From NCBI RefSeq assembly GCF_006345805.1, contig NC_042999.1:4650001-4714000 (forward strand): a stretch of DNA of 64,000 nucleotides, read 5' to 3'. This document shows, one piece after another, positions 63,696-64,000 of this stretch. The position numbers were made by a program, and so were the translations under genes. The stretch's first letter is position 1. Every line of letters starts with the position of its first letter. The stretch is from Octopus sinensis (lineage: Eukaryota). The notes beneath the pieces are model-generated. The model worked only from the letters and a program-made list of their open reading frames with translations. It had not been told where the DNA came from and made no database searches.

Positions 63696-64000
63696 AGATA
63701 ATCATTTTACCTTTGCCCATATAATACAGTAAATGAATTGATTGCATCGCAATCATTAACATTTATGTATTAACTTTGTTGGGTACTTCACTAGCAGTAT
63801 ATTGGATATGTTATCCCATGGAGGGTTGCATTTACAACCCCTATCTCAATTTGTAACTATATAATATATATATATTTGATGTAACTGTTTGAAAAGTTGT
63901 CTCTGTTTAGTCCTAGATCAACCGTGGTCAGATAAAGTTTATGATCAGATCTTTCTATTTACAGCCGTATATGCCTGCATTTGATTATTGTCTTTACCGT

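Overview
AT-rich, repeat-saturated animal genomic DNA. The repeat complement (tRNA-derived SINEs with internal microsatellites, GAT-tailed RTE 3' ends, Tx1/CR1/mariner remnants) is most consistent with an octopus (coleoid cephalopod) genome; this is an inference. The main host gene lies on the + strand over about 44 kb, with coding exons at 4491-4551, 14614-14796, 21912-22124 and 48442-48671. All introns are phase-1 GT-AG, giving a 228-aa secreted protein: signal peptide + atypical C-type lectin-like domain + PAN/apple-like domain. The probable start of a second + strand gene lies near 61.7 kb. The most striking non-coding signal is a set of type I hammerhead-ribozyme-like motifs from about four sequence families. 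The best are at 31439-31495 (intact core, inside a 357-bp periodic unit) and 63579-63643; a Penelope-like family with a fixed U6 core variant occurs four times. Other highlights are a young Tx1-clade LINE apparently targeting (CTAT)n microsatellites, a 35-bp palindromic minisatellite whose single-unit ancestor is visible in another copy of the same element, a SINE flanked by a 129-bp direct repeat, and a tRNA-Thr head fused to a SINE tail. Repeat boundaries are approximate and no database searches were run.
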